A stretch of DNA of 64,000 nucleotides from Candidatus Omnitrophota bacterium (lineage in GTDB: Bacteria > Omnitrophota > Gorgyraeia > Zapsychrales > Fredricksoniimonadaceae). Shown piece by piece: positions 61,234-64,000 of this stretch. A program made the position numbers and the translations under genes. The notes beneath the pieces are model-generated. The model was not told where the DNA came from. It saw nothing but the letters and a program-made list of their open reading frames with translations, and did no database searches. Where the stretch lies: positions 1,192 to 65,191 of the forward strand of contig CAIOPG010000002.1 of NCBI GenBank assembly GCA_903860135.1, in the 5' to 3' direction. How positions within the stretch are numbered: position 1 is the stretch's first letter; every line of letters begins with the position of its first letter.

Positions 61234-61517
61234 GTGATTCTCCTTAAGATTAGTATAAAAAAGCAACTAGTTATATGTTTACTAGATTATGTACTATTGA
61301 TCCCTATAAACGATGCCCCCTGACCCAGATCCTTTAAAAAACCTTAACACCTCCACCTCCTTTCATGGTCGGACTAGGAACATCTTAGGGTTTAAGATAG
61401 CGTTATCTTCCCACAGCTAACTGGTGGTGTCAATGAAATTCAGGAAATTTTAATGGGTTAAAAGACAAAGGGCGGACACAATATCCGCCCCGAACATCCG
61501 TCTTTTACTTCTATAAA

Positions 61518-61593
61518 TGGTGCCCCTGGGCCGACTCGAACGGCCGCCACAGCCTTAGGAGAGCCGTGCTCTATCCATTTGAGCTACAGGGGC
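61518..61593 (-). tRNA. tRNA-Arg (CCT)
   Basis: GCCCCTGTAGCTCAAATGGATAGAGCA-CGGCT-CTCCTAA-GGCTG..GTTCGAGT..CAGGGGCACCA. Confidence 0.93.
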
Positions 61594-61671
61594 AAGATAC
61601 ATCAATACCTTTTTTGAACATTTTTGCCCCAGTGATTAAGACCCTAGCGGTCGAAGCCAAGGGAAAAATGA

Positions 61672-62376
61672 TCATTTACTGCCAGTCACCCGGATGGCAA
61701 GGCCTTGCTTAAATTCAGCGGGGGCATCATAACCAAGCTTCTCGGCTTTTTCAAGATAATATTGCGCATCCTGGTATTCATCCATACCAGCCAGGATGAT
61801 CGCCAGATTCGCCAAAGCGTCCATATAGGCCGGATCTAACGCCACCGCGCGCTTAAAAGCAGCCACCGCCTTATCCTGGTGCCCCAGCCGTGACTGCACA
61901 TTGCCCATATTAAAATACAAGACAGGATTCTTTGACGCCGCCAATTCACCTTTGGTATAATATTCCAGCGCCTGAGCCAGGCTCCCGTCAACTTCTTTAA
62001 TATAACCCAGATGCAGGTAAACATCCGGATTATTCAGGCCTTTATCGATGGCGTTCAGATAAAGGTCTTCGGCCTTCGAAGGCATCCCCAAATGAAAATA
62101 GATCGCCCCCAACCTGAAATAAGCAGGCGCAAAACCCTGGGTGCGGGCAAGGACGTCCTCATAAGCACTGATGGCTTCCGGCAAATGCCCCTTCTGCTCC
62201 GCATCAAGGGCCGCGGCCATTAAGCGTTGAACATCAGCCGTTTGCGGTTGAACCGAAGGCATCGCCGAAGAAAAATCAGGCCTGAAAAGGACCGCTGTCA
62301 AAACAGTCAAAGAAAAAACAAGGGTACCAACCAGGAAAAAATTAGAAAACTGGTTATTGTTCCGTACTGGCTTCAT
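61672..62376 (-). CDS. TPR-repeat protein
   Basis: N-terminal TM; repeated AYFRLG / VYLHLG / LYFNMG / ALANLA TPR units. Confidence 0.88.
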   Translation of the reverse strand: MKPVRNNNQFSNFFLVGTLVFSLTVLTAVLFRPDFSSAMPSVQPQTADVQRLMAAALDAEQKGHLPEAISAYEDVLARTQGFAPAYFRLGAIYFHLGMPSKAEDLYLNAIDKGLNNPDVYLHLGYIKEVDGSLAQALEYYTKGELAASKNPVLYFNMGNVQSRLGHQDKAVAAFKRAVALDPAYMDALANLAIILAGMDEYQDAQYYLEKAEKLGYDAPAEFKQGLAIRVTGSK

Positions 62377-62388
62377 GTAGCCTCTTGA

Positions 62389-62910
62389 TCAATACTGGAT
62401 AGCAGAAAAGACCGGAAGGTTTCCAAGCTTGGTGCGCCCATTCAAAAAAGAAAGTTCGATGATGAACCCGACACCCTCGATCCGCGCTCCGGCATCCGCC
62501 ACAAGCTTGACCGCCGCGGCAACGGTACCACCGGTAGCCAAAAGGTCGTCAATGATGACAACCTTATCCCCTTCCTTAAGGGCATCGGCATGGATCTCAA
62601 GGGTGTCTGTGCCATATTCCAGATCGTATGTAACCGTGCGCGTCCTGGCGGGAAGTTTCCCTTTTTTACGCACAGGAATAAAGCCAACCCCAAGCGTGTA
62701 CGCCAGCGCCGTTCCAAAAATAAAACCACGCGATTCAATGCCAACCACATAAGCAATATCTTTGCCGGCAAACGCATGCGCCAGGCTGTCAACCGCCGCC
62801 TTAAGGGCATCTTTGTCCTTGAGCAGAGTCGTAACATCCTTGAACACAATACCTTTTTTCGGAAAATCAGGAATATCGCGGATAAATTTTTTAAGGTCTA
62901 TTTTTGTCAT
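62389..62910 (-). CDS. apt: Adenine phosphoribosyltransferase
   Basis: PDFPKKGIVFKD, ESRGF, RKKGKLP, IDDLLATGGT. Confidence 0.96.
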   Translation of the reverse strand: MTKIDLKKFIRDIPDFPKKGIVFKDVTTLLKDKDALKAAVDSLAHAFAGKDIAYVVGIESRGFIFGTALAYTLGVGFIPVRKKGKLPARTRTVTYDLEYGTDTLEIHADALKEGDKVVIIDDLLATGGTVAAAVKLVADAGARIEGVGFIIELSFLNGRTKLGNLPVFSAIQY

Positions 62911-62930
62911 ATGTCAACCAAAGCAAAATA

Positions 62931-63773
62931 TTAGAGCGCTTGTTTGTCGGGTTTACCGGAAGATTTAATATGCTCCTGCTTGTCTGCGATCTGCCGCAAG
63001 CGCTTGATGATGGTGACTTCAAGCTGACGGACACGTTCGCGTGAAACCCCCATCACATCCGCGATCTCCGCCAGCGTCCGGCAATCCCCGTTATCGAGTC
63101 CAAACCGCATGGTGATGATCTGGCGTTCCCGTTCGGGCAGTTCCTTGACGATCTCACGCGCCCGTTCCTTGTTCAGGAATTCTTCCAGCTGTTCGTCAGG
63201 CGCGATAAGGGTTTCATCTTCGATCATGTCCTTGACCTGACCATCGCCATCTTCGCCGATAGGCGCGTCGAGGCTGGACATCTTGGAAATGGCCATCTCC
63301 AATTCTTTGATCTTGTCGACCGGCAACTGCATGCGCTTGGCAATTTCACCCACTTGAGGCTTACGGCCAAGTTTATGGGTAAGAACCTCCACGGCCCGGC
63401 GGTACTTGACAAGCTCTTCATTCATATAGACCGGCACACGGATCATCTTGCCCTGATCAATGATCGAACGGGATATCCCCTGCTTGATCCACCAGGCCGC
63501 ATACGTTGAAAAACGATAACCTTTGTCTGGATCGAACTTCTCAACAGACCGCATGAGCCCGATATTGCCTTCTTCGATGAGATCACTTAGAGGGATGCCG
63601 AGATTGATATAACGCTTGGCGATGCTTATGACCAGCCGGAGATTAGAACAGATCATCTTGTCGCGGGCATCCTTGTCGCCGGCCTGAATGGCACGGGCAA
63701 GACCTACCTCATCCTCGGCCGAGAGGAGCGCAATGGGACGAACATCTTTTAAATAAGCGCGAATTGAATCCAT
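62931..63773 (-). CDS. RpoD/RpoS-family sigma-70 factor lacking region 1.1
   Basis: NLRLVISIAKRY, DLIEEGNIGL, FSTYAAWWIKQ, VSRERVRQLE. Confidence 0.92.
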   Translation of the reverse strand: MDSIRAYLKDVRPIALLSAEDEVGLARAIQAGDKDARDKMICSNLRLVISIAKRYINLGIPLSDLIEEGNIGLMRSVEKFDPDKGYRFSTYAAWWIKQGISRSIIDQGKMIRVPVYMNEELVKYRRAVEVLTHKLGRKPQVGEIAKRMQLPVDKIKELEMAISKMSSLDAPIGEDGDGQVKDMIEDETLIAPDEQLEEFLNKERAREIVKELPERERQIITMRFGLDNGDCRTLAEIADVMGVSRERVRQLEVTIIKRLRQIADKQEHIKSSGKPDKQAL

Positions 63774-63801
63774 ATCTTTTAGTATGCCCTATAACACATG
63801 G

Positions 63802-63841
63802 ATACCGGGAGCTCCAGCCACCAAACCGAAGCTCCCGGTAT
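63802..63841. terminator. Hairpin after ppdK
   Basis: ataccgggagct ... agctcccggtat 12-bp inverted repeat. Confidence 0.5.
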
Positions 63842-63856
63842 ATTACACCATTTTTA

Positions 63857-64000
63857 TTACTTTTTTACTTTTTTTATTACTTTCTTTGTTGCACTTCCGG
63901 AAGTCTTACCTTCCATCGCCGCCTGCGCCGCCGCTAAACGCGCGATCGGCACGCGGTACGGCGAGCAGGAAACATAATTCATGCCGGCACGCACGCAGAA
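63857..64000 (-). CDS. ppdK: Pyruvate phosphate dikinase, C-terminal end (partial)
   Basis: Manual translation [29 protein letters not shown]...; canonical PPDK C-terminus. Confidence 0.9.
   Translation of the reverse strand, partial: FCVRAGMNYVSCSPYRVPIARLAAAQAAMEGKTSGSATKKVIKKVKK

Noticed and set aside
63845-63890. Repeated ttttattac units
   Set aside because: They largely encode the low-complexity Lys-rich tail and stop of PPDK; not an array.

Overview
Bacterial chromosomal window, almost entirely on the minus strand. The gene content suggests Ca. Omnitrophota/OP3; this is an inference from the large signal-peptide proteins, class III prepilin, alginate-export-type porin and ParA-CBM fusion, and is unverified. 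From left to right: a putative organosulfur uptake/processing operon (tautomerase, porin, SsuA-like binding protein, FMN split-barrel protein, non-canonical radical SAM enzyme, MFS and two ABC exporters); an AbrB/RelE-like TA pair; btuFCD; a wHTH-PRTase; a yezD-metY-cysK sulfur cluster; an rsmH paralog; a CusBA heavy-metal cluster; vapBC; and housekeeping genes (cca, xerD, ligA, tRNA-Pro, fabZ, rib/nusB, pgsA, rimO, rodZ, ftsK, pnp, rpsO, tRNA-Arg, apt, sigma-70, ppdK end). The most striking signal is two large (1711 and about 1500 aa) paralogous proteins that appear to be exported. They share a highly similar N-terminal domain of about 330-360 aa and a C-terminal GGIDL...PG(L/F)xPVI tail, but carry unrelated, largely AT-rich central cargoes. 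One cargo resembles eukaryotic alpha-glucan/phosphoglucan water dikinases, and that gene is bracketed by a 24-bp direct repeat duplicating the 3' end of cusA. The other cargo has three diverged repeats of a possibly GNAT-like domain. Several features missing from the ORF track were also found: a 4-OT tautomerase, a 51-aa basic ORF, an L,D-transpeptidase relic and REP-like palindromes. All calls were made by eye; no searches were run.
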